DNA from: Patescibacteria group bacterium | GTDB lineage: Bacteria > Patescibacteriota > Minisyncoccia > Phycocordibacterales > Phycocordibacteraceae | Reading direction: 5' to 3' | Length of the DNA: 49,974 nucleotides | Assembly (NCBI GenBank): GCA_038064695.1 | Contig: JBBTSO010000003.1 | Coordinates: forward strand, 1 to 49,974 | In this document: positions 28,567-38,154 of the stretch, one piece after another | Layout: every line of letters starts with the position of its first letter | Position numbering within the stretch: the stretch's first letter is position 1 | The notes under the pieces: generated by a model | The model's input: the letters and a program-made list of their open reading frames with translations, nothing else | The model's database searches: none | What the model was told of the DNA's origin: nothing | Position numbers and translations under genes: made by a program

Positions 28567-28657
28567 ACGAAGTATGTATAGACGCGCCCTGGACGGGCGT
28601 AAATACTCCTTCAGAATACTCGTTTTTTAGAGAAATAGAAAGAGCGAGACTGACAGT

Positions 28658-29551
28658 TCACCCCAGCGACTGCTTCCATACATTGATCCACTCTTGACGC
28701 GAGAGAAGCGGAAAACGGAGCGTCGCCGATGGATGCGTTGTTAAAACTTCTACCACCGCGTCAGAAAGACGTTCACGAGAAACAACTATCGCGCCAGCTT
28801 CTTTTGCAACACCCACATCGGGCGCTACCACCGGTACACCCGCGGCAAGTGCTTCAACAATTGACGCTCCCCAACTTTCAGCACGCGACGTTGAAAGAAC
28901 TACATGCGCGCGAGCAAGATACGGTGCTGTATCTTGCCATCCTAAAAACTCTACCGGCAGTCCTTGTGCCTCAAGGCGGAGCACAGACGCAAGCGAACCA
29001 TTTCCCAACATAACTAATGTTGCGTCAGGGACACGCGTACGCACTTCTTTAAACACACGAAGCGCGAGGAGTGGATCTTTTTCGTTTTCAAAACGTCCCA
29101 CCCACAATACCAATGGATGTGAGTCGGGCGTACGCCGTACACGTTCAAATCGTTCACTATCAACAAAAATGGGGAGCACGAAAATGGGAGTGCTGACACC
29201 GAGGGACTCCACCTGCGCCTTCACTTTTTCTGAAACCACGCGCACTGACGTAGCGCGACGTAGCACAAAACGTGCAATCATTTTTTTTAACCAACTCTGT
29301 GCAGCAATGTCGGCATGAACTTGCACATTAAATTTCGCTTTAAATCGGCGTGCCCAAAAAAGCCCCACCATGCCGCGCAAAAATGGGTCTTGAGTAGAGA
29401 CCACGTCGTACGAAACTCCTCTAGGAATTGCCCACAGAGCCCCAGGACCCCAGTACAGAGCTTCTAAGTGCTCGCCCGCGCTCGCCTGAAGGTCAAACCG
29501 CGGATTTCCCTCTTTAAATGTTCGGTCACCAGTGATAGCGAGTACGTTCAT
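28658..29551 (-). CDS. Glycosyltransferase family 4
   Basis: VGRFENEK, ESWGASIVEALAAGVPVV. Confidence 0.9.
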   Translation of the reverse strand: MNVLAITGDRTFKEGNPRFDLQASAGEHLEALYWGPGALWAIPRGVSYDVVSTQDPFLRGMVGLFWARRFKAKFNVQVHADIAAQSWLKKMIARFVLRRATSVRVVSEKVKAQVESLGVSTPIFVLPIFVDSERFERVRRTPDSHPLVLWVGRFENEKDPLLALRVFKEVRTRVPDATLVMLGNGSLASVLRLEAQGLPVEFLGWQDTAPYLARAHVVLSTSRAESWGASIVEALAAGVPVVAPDVGVAKEAGAIVVSRERLSDAVVEVLTTHPSATLRFPLLSRQEWINVWKQSLG

Positions 29552-30657
29552 ATATTTTTCAAAACGTGTGCGGTCTCTTCAACCATAGCGGCAATTGAAA
29601 ATTTTTCAACACGTTTTTTAGCATTCCCCGCGATACGCGCACGTGTCTCGGGTGATGAGAGTAATTTTTCAATGCGATGTGTCAGTGTTGCTTCATCATC
29701 TGGTTTTATCAAATACCCGTTAACATTGTCTTCAATCAGCTCAGGGTTCCCCCCGACGCGCGTGGTGACAATCGGGACTCCTACCGCAGATGCTTCAAGC
29801 AACACGTGCGAAAAGCCCTCGTAGTGCGTGTTTAGTACAAACACATCGGCGGCACGCATATAACGAAGCGTCGCGGCACGATCAACATTTCCGGCAAAAA
29901 TAACGGAATCAGCAACACCACACTCCTCAGCAAGTTTTTCAAGTGTTGATTCGTGAGGACCAGCGCCAATAATAAGAAGCGATAAATCGGGAGATGTTTT
30001 TCTGAGGATCGCGTGTACACGAATGAGCGCGGCAAAACCTTTCCACGGCACGAGCCGCCCGACCGAAATAATTAACTTTCCTTTATACCGGAGCAATCCA
30101 CGAATAACTTGTTTTAAACCAACAGTTTCTGACTCAATACCGTTGTACACCACTTCTATGTGTTTTTTGTGTACTCCCCACTGCGCGACAATCCGACCTA
30201 AATATTTTGACGGCACAATCACCTTTAACGCACGCCGCGCAACGAAGCGCTCAATGCCTCTCATAAGGTTTGGCACGAACGGAAGCTGAGCATCCTGAAA
30301 AGATTCAATAGTGCCTCCGTACCCAAACCGCTGCGTTGCCTGCTCCCACGCGTAGTCACCCACTATTTTTACGACAAATTTTTTCCGAGTAATGAATGCT
30401 GCCAACGCGGCGGGGAGCCCCACCGAGAGTGGATCTTGAGCAAAAATAATGTCTGGTTTAAAGCGGAATGTGCGCGACAAAAGGCGGAAGAAATACGCAC
30501 TGTGACGGAGTATTTTGGGAACGCTCCGCACTTCCCGATACGGCAACACCGACGTGGCAATCCCACGTGAGGGAAGCTCATCTAGAAGGGTTTTTGAATA
30601 GGTGGCCGGACCCCCACCCTCAGGGGGGAAAAGTCCTGTCGCAATTAAAACGCGCAT
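29548..30657 (-). CDS. Glycosyltransferase family 4
   Basis: MRVLIATGLFPPEGGGPATY, VGRLVPWKG, EGFSHVLLEA. Confidence 0.92.
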   Translation of the reverse strand: MRVLIATGLFPPEGGGPATYSKTLLDELPSRGIATSVLPYREVRSVPKILRHSAYFFRLLSRTFRFKPDIIFAQDPLSVGLPAALAAFITRKKFVVKIVGDYAWEQATQRFGYGGTIESFQDAQLPFVPNLMRGIERFVARRALKVIVPSKYLGRIVAQWGVHKKHIEVVYNGIESETVGLKQVIRGLLRYKGKLIISVGRLVPWKGFAALIRVHAILRKTSPDLSLLIIGAGPHESTLEKLAEECGVADSVIFAGNVDRAATLRYMRAADVFVLNTHYEGFSHVLLEASAVGVPIVTTRVGGNPELIEDNVNGYLIKPDDEATLTHRIEKLLSSPETRARIAGNAKKRVEKFSIAAMVEETAHVLKNI

Positions 30658-30671
30658 ATAAAGGCATTCTA

Positions 30672-31874
30672 TCAAAAACCACCGAAAACGTTCTCTTTCA
30701 TTTGCGCTGCAATATTATTCCAATCATAACGAGAAAAAGCGACCGCACGCGCATTTTCAATAATTTTTTTGGTCATTTCTTCATCAGACATATAGAGTGT
30801 CACCGCGCGAGCTATTTGCTCAGGACTTCGAGCGTCAACCGCTCTCCCCGTGGGAGAAGTTTCAGGATTCCGCACAGGATCAAAGAGAAAATCGGCGATA
30901 CCTCCCTCTTGGGTTGCAATAACAGGTAGTCCTGCCGCAAACGCTTCCACAAACGAACTACCAAACCCTTCTGAAAGAGAGGGGCGAATAAAAATATCAG
31001 AGACTTTCAAATACCGTGGCAAATTAGTGTGGTTCACAAACCCCACAAATCGCACCCGACTCACTACCTGCAACTCTTCCACGAGCGCGCGGAGCGCTTC
31101 CTCGTCATGGCCGATACCGGCGATAATAAAATGCACGTTCGGAGGAAGGAGTGGGAGCGCGCGTATCACGTCGTCAAGTGCATTTTTCTTCACCAATCGT
31201 GAGGCGGTAATGAGGAATACATCGCCATGTTTTTTCTGTAACTCTTCTTTCAGTGGCTGCAACTCGCCTTCGCTATATTCCTTTGCAAAGTGCGCGGCAT
31301 CAACCGCGTTCGGCACCAACACCACACTCCCGGTGTACCCCATACGGCGCGCCCATGCTCCTAAAAAATTTGAAATCACCTGGATGCGGTCAGCCTTAGT
31401 GAAGGCGCGTTTAAACAACGGACCGAACACGGCCATTTTCTTTTCAATATATTCAGGCGGGTCCCCTTCTTGAAGGGTGAGCACATACTTCACCTGAGGA
31501 TATAACGTTTTAAAAAGTCCCCCAGGCACTCCTGTTGAATGTGCCATCATGCTCCACACCATATCGAAATGGTGCGTGCGATGGAGTGTTACTGCAGTTA
31601 TAAGTGCGTAAAACTGAAACAGCACCTTGTTGAGATGGAGCGGAAATTTTTTCAACGCTGCTATGGTAGGATTTTTGGTTACAAACCCAATGCGATGCAC
31701 CGTAACATTGCCCACTTTTTCAATGCGCGGGAGTGTTGAGTCAAACCGGTTCGTCACCATATGAAATTCAAACTCTGAAGCTGGCAGGCGATCGGTGATT
31801 TCTTTAATCGCTACCTCTGCTCCTCCAACGTGTTTTGGAAAATAGGCGAGCGAAAAAATAAGTACTTTTTTCAT
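30672..31874 (-). CDS. Glycosyltransferase family 4
   Basis: VGGAE, SRLVKKN, EGFGSSFVEAFAAGLPVI. Confidence 0.92.
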   Translation of the reverse strand: MKKVLIFSLAYFPKHVGGAEVAIKEITDRLPASEFEFHMVTNRFDSTLPRIEKVGNVTVHRIGFVTKNPTIAALKKFPLHLNKVLFQFYALITAVTLHRTHHFDMVWSMMAHSTGVPGGLFKTLYPQVKYVLTLQEGDPPEYIEKKMAVFGPLFKRAFTKADRIQVISNFLGAWARRMGYTGSVVLVPNAVDAAHFAKEYSEGELQPLKEELQKKHGDVFLITASRLVKKNALDDVIRALPLLPPNVHFIIAGIGHDEEALRALVEELQVVSRVRFVGFVNHTNLPRYLKVSDIFIRPSLSEGFGSSFVEAFAAGLPVIATQEGGIADFLFDPVRNPETSPTGRAVDARSPEQIARAVTLYMSDEEMTKKIIENARAVAFSRYDWNNIAAQMKENVFGGF

Positions 31875-31879
31875 ACGAG

Positions 31880-33340
31880 CTATGTGTTTCCCTTTCTTAT
31901 GGTATCAGCGTACGCAAACCGGAGCGCGTTTGCAAAAGCATCCCCTCCTCCCAATGAGCGCCGTGGTAGCGCGACTCTCGAAAAACGCGCCGCGTCTGTT
32001 TCTTGAGAATGGTTCGTACCATACACCTGGTCGGCGCGCGAAACCATAAGAGAAAAAAGAAGCTGATGGAGCGGTGACAACGTTTCAAAACTCTGATCTG
32101 CTAACGTGAGTAAAAGGGGTGAACGATGAATGCTCTTAAAGAGTGCTGAAGCCAATCCCGCGTAACTTGCCATAAGGCCCCACGTAAAAAGATACGAATG
32201 TTGCTTCGCCAATGAAATTCCCTTTACCACTCCTAAGAGTGGAAGCAAAAATTTATCCGCCACCATACCAAACCCCACGCGGTGAATGGTGATATTTGAT
32301 GCGGGAGAAGGAGTATGTTTTGCGCTTCCCGTAAAGTGCGTCGTGACCACGTCAAAATGCACACTGGGAAGCGCGCGTGCTAGCGCTATGAATGAATCTT
32401 CAGCGAGGCCTACTGTGGGAGTAAAGGTAGTAGAGAAAACAAGCACTCGTTTATCTCGTGACGCGCCGTGTGAATGTTCATCGGTAAAGAGGCGGATGTA
32501 CTCAGGGAGTTCGCGCTCCGCGCGCCACCCCAATGCATTCGCTTTGTCCGTATTGAGTGCCGAGGTGAGGCGGTTTCCCTCGCGCGGTGGAAACATAACT
32601 CTGTTTTCTTTAAAACCAAACATATCAGCAACTTCTACAATAGAGTAGGCGCGCAGGTTCCCAAGCCCAAACTCATCCCCCATGCCTCGCTCGCCCACTG
32701 CCACGAGCCCATCCACGATATCCAGAACGTGAGTAAAATTACGCACCTGGGTACCGGGAGCAACGATAGCGCACGGCGCGCCGGAGAGATACATGCGTTT
32801 GAAATGTTCAATAACAGTCCCGTACACTCCTGAGCGTTCACGCGGTCCGTACACGTTGTAAAAGTACGTCACGGCGTACGGGAGTGATTCTTTCTCACCA
32901 ATGTCGCGAATGCGTTCAGAGTTTTCTGCTTTAGTCCGCGCATACGGAGACGTGTACCGTGTCTCTCCACTATCACCAAATTTTGTAGAACTTCCCGCGT
33001 ATATCAATTTACATTTTTTAGAACGCCAGAAGGCAATAACCCCGTCAGTCCCAATCGTATTCAAAAAGCGTACCACCTCGGGTTCCAGCACACTCTGTTC
33101 AACGCGGGCGTACTCGCCCAAGTGAAAAAGAATATCGGGTGTTTCAGGAACAAGTACTGCAATATCTTTGGTATGCCCCACGCGATACTCAACTCCCGGC
33201 ACGTGATTCTCACGAGTTCCCGTAAAGTAATTGTCCAGCGAAATAACACGCCACCCAAGCGCGTGCAGTCGCTCGCAGAGGTGTGACCCCACAAAACCAG
33301 CTCCCCCGGTAACCACGGCAAGTTTTTTCTGTGTCGTCAT
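31880..33340 (-). CDS. NAD-dependent epimerase fused to an N-terminal half of a GT4 domain
   Basis: TGGAGFVGSH, YARTK, YNVYGP, RNFTHV; C-terminal ~190 aa aligns by eye with the N-half of the neighbouring GT4. Confidence 0.85.
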   Translation of the reverse strand: MTTQKKLAVVTGGAGFVGSHLCERLHALGWRVISLDNYFTGTRENHVPGVEYRVGHTKDIAVLVPETPDILFHLGEYARVEQSVLEPEVVRFLNTIGTDGVIAFWRSKKCKLIYAGSSTKFGDSGETRYTSPYARTKAENSERIRDIGEKESLPYAVTYFYNVYGPRERSGVYGTVIEHFKRMYLSGAPCAIVAPGTQVRNFTHVLDIVDGLVAVGERGMGDEFGLGNLRAYSIVEVADMFGFKENRVMFPPREGNRLTSALNTDKANALGWRAERELPEYIRLFTDEHSHGASRDKRVLVFSTTFTPTVGLAEDSFIALARALPSVHFDVVTTHFTGSAKHTPSPASNITIHRVGFGMVADKFLLPLLGVVKGISLAKQHSYLFTWGLMASYAGLASALFKSIHRSPLLLTLADQSFETLSPLHQLLFSLMVSRADQVYGTNHSQETDAARFSRVALPRRSLGGGDAFANALRFAYADTIRKGNT

Positions 33341-35856
33341 TGAATTTCTTTAATTGAGTACTCCGCGTAGTCTTCTTTTTTTAAAAATATAATCCCCGCA
33401 GCAGAAATTCCTACGAGCGCCAACACCGCAACAAGCCACCCCCACAGTGGGTGCACATCAGGAATGCTTTGCCCCACCGCCACCGCGGGCGCGGTAATAA
33501 GTTCGCGATTGTCGCGCGTATCGGTGTAGGTCTCTTGTTTAATACCTGAAGAAATACTTTCCCCGCTCCGCGCGCTCCCCCCTAACAAAGACGTAGCAGC
33601 TTCTCCTATGGTCGCAGTGAACTGTGAAGCAAGTGTACCGTTTGGAAATTTTAATAACACCGTCTCAGGCGTATTACCTGAAAGGCCAGAATCGGCGTGC
33701 AAAATACGCACAGTCCCGTTAGCGGGAATAATCACATCGTGAGTGAGAATATATTTTGTTCCGTATGAAAAGAGCGACCACCCAGCAAGAGGAACATCAC
33801 TCGCCGATGCGTTAGCGAGAAGAATATATTCGTTGGTAACCGCGCGCACAGCGACTACTCCTTGAGGAACTTCAACAACTGTTGGAGGAGGAGTAACGGG
33901 AGAAACGGAGACAGACTGAGTAGGAATACTGTTCCCGGGAGTGGGAGAAGCTGATACAAAACCACTGCTGACGCGCTGTAGTGAAAAACCGTCCCCTGCC
34001 GCGCCTTCCTCCGAAGAGTACACCGCGCGGTCAATAGGTGCACCGTCAGGGTCTCGTATTTCTAGTTCCTCACCAACGTTGGAAAGTGTAAACACGCTGT
34101 CATAGACGATACCAGAAAAGCTAGGCCAGTCCGCAAAAAACTTCGCGCTGTTTTCTACAATCACGGCATACCCTCCCGGAGGAATATCACCTCCCGTAAT
34201 AAGCGTAAGCGAATGATTCACCGTGCCTTCAAACAATTTCCACTCATCGAGCGTTATTGCTTCGCTCCCCGTATTAGTGACTTCAATCCACTCGCGCCCA
34301 GTGTCTGCGCCTGGCACATCGTACATAATTTCAGAAAAAGAAATTTGAGCGAATGCAAAAAAAGGAACCAAGAAAAGTGCGAACGCTGACACAGGAACGA
34401 CGTGGAGCATTTGTTTGAGGAGATCTTCAGGAATTTCTTTTGCGCTTGGTGAGTGCGCCGGCTGAGACTGCGCTGCGGCACTTTCTGTTTTTGCAGACAC
34501 CGCTCCTGGAGTAACAGGTGACTGATCTTTAGCGGGCGCTCCCCCGTCAGACTGCTGTTTTGCACGTTCTGCTTGTTTTGCAAAAATAGATTTGAAAGCG
34601 TCTTGAAATCCTTTTGGACTATTGATGTTAGGAGGACCATCTTTATCATCACGCTTTCCTTTAAATTGGGAGTCAACATCCAACCGAAGCGTCGCGTACT
34701 CGCGACGCGCCCGAACCATAATGTCTTGAAAAGAGATATTTTTTCTCTCAGGAAGTGGCGATGAGCGCGCGAAGAAAGGCCGCGCGCGTACTCCGTCAAT
34801 GGTGAGCGCGACTATAAATTCACCTGGCTCCAACTTTACCAACTCATCTGGCTCAGCAAATGGAGAAAAAGCGCGCTCAACGAGCGCCTTATCACCAGGA
34901 TGCGACGCAAACGACGCCACCGAAGCACACCGAGAAAGCGCGAACAATCGTCGATCTTCGTCAGATTCTTGAATGAGCGTGTCGGCTACGGTTATGGCTA
35001 ACGGCACCCGAGGGGCAAAAAGTTTTTCAATGTGATCCTCATTCACGTACCGCACGCAGTCGTGCAAGTAGAGCGACGCGTGCGCTTCCCCCTGCATCGT
35101 TGAAAGTCGAGCACCGTGCAAAAAAATGCGCGTGAGCGGAGTCATTCGTGTCGGGAACAGCTTGATGCGTGAAAAATCAACGACGACGACGCTTCCCTCA
35201 GAAAGTTTAGTGAGCGTAAATTTTGATTTTTTTTGTCCAATAACATTGCGAACAAGCGTATCTTTTGCTAAATATTTTCCATGTTCATCAAGCGCGCGAA
35301 GAAAATCCGTTTCGCCTTTTAACTTTTCTTCAAATGATTTCTGTGCTGCTTCATCCCCAAAAAATACCGTACGAAATTTTTCATCGGTCGCGAGCGAGTG
35401 TAGCGTGAGTAACGTCGTGTCCTCTTTTTCTAAAATGAGTCGTACACACTCCGCAAGAAATGGTGTTTCTGAGAGCGCAAAAATATCTGCCAGTATCGTT
35501 GTGCACTCAGCAAAACGTACTGCTTCGGGAAGCGCTTTAATGTCATCAATAATGTTCCACGAATACGGGTACTCAGCGTCCGAAGGGTCAACATAAATAA
35601 CGCGCCCCAACTGACTAACATCAATGCGTTCTAAAAGTTTTTTTGTGCTCACCCCCGTGGCGTCTAGTAATACTACTCCTAAGCCCCGTTCAATATCTTG
35701 GAGCGCCATCCCGACCAACATATCCCCTCGCCCACTACCAGACCGTCCGAGTATAGAAAAGTGATTAGCGCGGTCGGTATCTTTAATTCCAAAAGTAACC
35801 GTTTTTTCTTTCAGTGTTGTTGAACCAATATAGGTGACTCGAGAGCCCCAGTCCAT
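33337..35856 (-). CDS. Degenerate VirD4/TraG-like (coupling-protein-like) domain fused to a lamin-tail-domain surface protein
   Basis: FGIKDTDRANHFSILGRSGSGRG..QDIERGLG; internal signal-like segment, then ISFSEIMYD..DTGREWIEVTN (LTD) and a C-terminal TM. Confidence 0.75.
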   Translation of the reverse strand: MDWGSRVTYIGSTTLKEKTVTFGIKDTDRANHFSILGRSGSGRGDMLVGMALQDIERGLGVVLLDATGVSTKKLLERIDVSQLGRVIYVDPSDAEYPYSWNIIDDIKALPEAVRFAECTTILADIFALSETPFLAECVRLILEKEDTTLLTLHSLATDEKFRTVFFGDEAAQKSFEEKLKGETDFLRALDEHGKYLAKDTLVRNVIGQKKSKFTLTKLSEGSVVVVDFSRIKLFPTRMTPLTRIFLHGARLSTMQGEAHASLYLHDCVRYVNEDHIEKLFAPRVPLAITVADTLIQESDEDRRLFALSRCASVASFASHPGDKALVERAFSPFAEPDELVKLEPGEFIVALTIDGVRARPFFARSSPLPERKNISFQDIMVRARREYATLRLDVDSQFKGKRDDKDGPPNINSPKGFQDAFKSIFAKQAERAKQQSDGGAPAKDQSPVTPGAVSAKTESAAAQSQPAHSPSAKEIPEDLLKQMLHVVPVSAFALFLVPFFAFAQISFSEIMYDVPGADTGREWIEVTNTGSEAITLDEWKLFEGTVNHSLTLITGGDIPPGGYAVIVENSAKFFADWPSFSGIVYDSVFTLSNVGEELEIRDPDGAPIDRAVYSSEEGAAGDGFSLQRVSSGFVSASPTPGNSIPTQSVSVSPVTPPPTVVEVPQGVVAVRAVTNEYILLANASASDVPLAGWSLFSYGTKYILTHDVIIPANGTVRILHADSGLSGNTPETVLLKFPNGTLASQFTATIGEAATSLLGGSARSGESISSGIKQETYTDTRDNRELITAPAVAVGQSIPDVHPLWGWLVAVLALVGISAAGIIFLKKEDYAEYSIKEIQ

Positions 35857-35910
35857 AACGAACAGTATATAGGTGCTCAGTGTTAGGTGCTAGTGAGGTG
35901 ATGCGACGTA

Positions 35911-37209
35911 CTACTCATTAGCAACGAGCCACTGATAGAGACTTTCATACTTATTAGCCGGGTCCCAAAAAAACCAACTGGTGAGTCCTGAATCGTACGT
36001 TGCTTGAATTTGCGCCTCAATGTCCTCTTTCGTATAGTCTTTCCCATAATCAAAATCTTGAAGCCATGGGCGAAGTTTCAAACGGCTGTGCGCCTCTTTT
36101 GTGTAAAAACCGCTCGCCACTTTTTTAGTGGTCGTTGCAGTAGTTTCAGTCGCAGGAACCTCTTCGTCTTTGAAAATAATTTGCCCGTCAAGTGTTTTCA
36201 CTCGTGTTTCTACTGCTTCCGCGCGTTTGACCGCTTCAACCATAGAGCTGTACACCACCTTGTAGGGGTCACTGTTGGGGTTAGCGAGTCCCACAAACCC
36301 TTTGTTGTAGTGGGACGGATATACCATGGGGGCTACGTAATCAAAATATGGAAGTGCGCGCTCTAGCACTTGCCCGATACCGAGGTCGTCCGTGAGCACG
36401 GTGACGTAGCCAAACAAGTCAACAGACATCACCACTCCTGTCGGGTGCACCTGCGCGTGGAGGTACTTAAAAAATTTCTCCAGCGCTTCTGCCTTGTTGT
36501 TGTTTACATAGCTCGCGTCCGCCATCGGCCCGTCCGAAGGGTAGCGCACATAATCATAGTTCAGCTCGTCAAAACCTATATCGTACGCTTCACGCGAGAG
36601 CGTCGCGATGTAGTCCCAATACGGTTCGCTAGAAACATCAACAAACGAAAGTCCTTTGTGATCCTTCCACGGCTCGCCAGGTCTCGCGACGCTTTGCACT
36701 GCTTGTTCGGGGTGTGCTTTGGTGTACGAAGGGTCTTGAAACACGGTAACTCGGCCTATGACATAAATTCCTTTTTCGTGAAGTGTTTTAATAAACGTCT
36801 TCATATCGCCCGCCCCACAAGAAACCATAGACACTGTTTCAAATCGTGAGTCAGTGGTAGGAAATCCAATAGTTCCTGAGTAATCTTTGATATCTATAAC
36901 CACCGCGTTTAGTGCAGTTTCATCAATCATGGATACTAATTTTTCACGGAAACTTTTTGTCCCCGCCACGCACTGGCTCATATAAATCGCGTACATCGGT
37001 TCAGGAGTAGCGAGGTGCGTTACCGACGCGTCGTAGGTAGGAGAAGATTTTTTTTCTTCAATACTAGTCGCGGTAGACGATTCTCCAGGAACTACTACGT
37101 CAAACGAGGGGGCAACAAAAGAAAAAACACCAGCGAGAGACACGCCAATCACGGTGAATGCAATTCCCGCACCAACGCTAGTTGTGCGCTTCAGAAATTT
37201 TTTGACCAT
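35911..37209 (-). CDS. Putative glycoside hydrolase (DUF4015-like)
   Basis: NAVVIDIKD, IGRVTVFQD, GFDELNYDYVRYP, PMVYPSHY, RPWLQDF; start MVKK chosen to minimise overlap. Confidence 0.85.
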   Translation of the reverse strand: MVKKFLKRTTSVGAGIAFTVIGVSLAGVFSFVAPSFDVVVPGESSTATSIEEKKSSPTYDASVTHLATPEPMYAIYMSQCVAGTKSFREKLVSMIDETALNAVVIDIKDYSGTIGFPTTDSRFETVSMVSCGAGDMKTFIKTLHEKGIYVIGRVTVFQDPSYTKAHPEQAVQSVARPGEPWKDHKGLSFVDVSSEPYWDYIATLSREAYDIGFDELNYDYVRYPSDGPMADASYVNNNKAEALEKFFKYLHAQVHPTGVVMSVDLFGYVTVLTDDLGIGQVLERALPYFDYVAPMVYPSHYNKGFVGLANPNSDPYKVVYSSMVEAVKRAEAVETRVKTLDGQIIFKDEEVPATETTATTTKKVASGFYTKEAHSRLKLRPWLQDFDYGKDYTKEDIEAQIQATYDSGLTSWFFWDPANKYESLYQWLVANE

Positions 37210-37426
37210 ACCCTTGTGCGCCATTTTCGGTGTACGCATCGGTCTGATGATCTCCTTTGAGCGCGCGCATGAGCCATCGTCTTTCTTCACGAACCAAAAA
37301 GCCGAGCGCCAAAATTAAAAGTCCACCGACCACCGAGAGTAGTGTTTTTGCTCCTGTGGGGATGCCCAAAAATGGCATGACCGCGAGAACAAATCCAAGA
37401 AGTGCAATGAGACCTGCTTTAGACAT
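37178..37426 (-). CDS. Small 2-TM hypothetical protein
   Basis: MSKAGLIALLG...PFLGIP...; TATACT 6 nt before ATG 37426. Confidence 0.75.
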   Translation of the reverse strand: MSKAGLIALLGFVLAVMPFLGIPTGAKTLLSVVGGLLILALGFLVREERRWLMRALKGDHQTDAYTENGAQGYGQKISEAHN

Positions 37427-37473
37427 GCAGTAAGTATACCCCAAGGCAAAAGATCCTCTTCTGTGTATATCGT

Positions 37474-38154
37474 TCACTGTCCTAAAACAACCACAAACTC
37501 CCCTTTTTCTAGAATTTTCCCCTCTAAAAATTGCTGGTTCAATTCAGCTACACTACCTCGGTAGTGAGTTTCGTGTAGTTTAGTAATCTCCCTCCCTATA
37601 AACACCGAACGCTCAGGAACTCTCTCAGACAGTTCACCTAAGAGTTTTCCAATGCGATGCGGAGATTCAAACAACACTACCGTGCGTGTTATTTCAGCGA
37701 TTTCATTTAAAAGAGTCTGCCTTCCCTTCTTATGTGGTAAAAATCCTAAAAATACAAATTCATTGGTAGGAAATCCGCACACAGAAAGCGCAGCGGTTAA
37801 TGACGACACTCCGGGAATTGGTTCTATGCGAACATCGGGAAGCGCGCGCACGATGCGAGAAATAAGTTCATTGCCTGGGTCAGCAACACCGGGCGTTCCC
37901 GCGTCAGTAACCAGAGCGAGTGTTTTTCCTTCCTCTAAAAGAGAAATGATTTCGCTCGTTACTCGGTCGGTGCTTTGCTGGTGGTAACTTTTCATAGGAA
38001 CTGAAATGCCATGACGCGCCAATAACTTTCCCGTCACTCGAGTATCTTCCGCCAACAACACATCAACTTCTTTAAGGACGCGAAGCGCGCGCAAGGTCAC
38101 GTCTTCCATATTTCCAATTGGCGTACCAACGATATACAACGTTCCTGTACTCAT
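37474..38154 (-). CDS. rsmI: 16S rRNA (cytidine1402-2'-O)-methyltransferase
   Basis: LYIVGTPIGN, AEDTR, DAGTPGVADPG, FESPHR, REITKLHE. Confidence 0.96.
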   Translation of the reverse strand: MSTGTLYIVGTPIGNMEDVTLRALRVLKEVDVLLAEDTRVTGKLLARHGISVPMKSYHQQSTDRVTSEIISLLEEGKTLALVTDAGTPGVADPGNELISRIVRALPDVRIEPIPGVSSLTAALSVCGFPTNEFVFLGFLPHKKGRQTLLNEIAEITRTVVLFESPHRIGKLLGELSERVPERSVFIGREITKLHETHYRGSVAELNQQFLEGKILEKGEFVVVLGQ

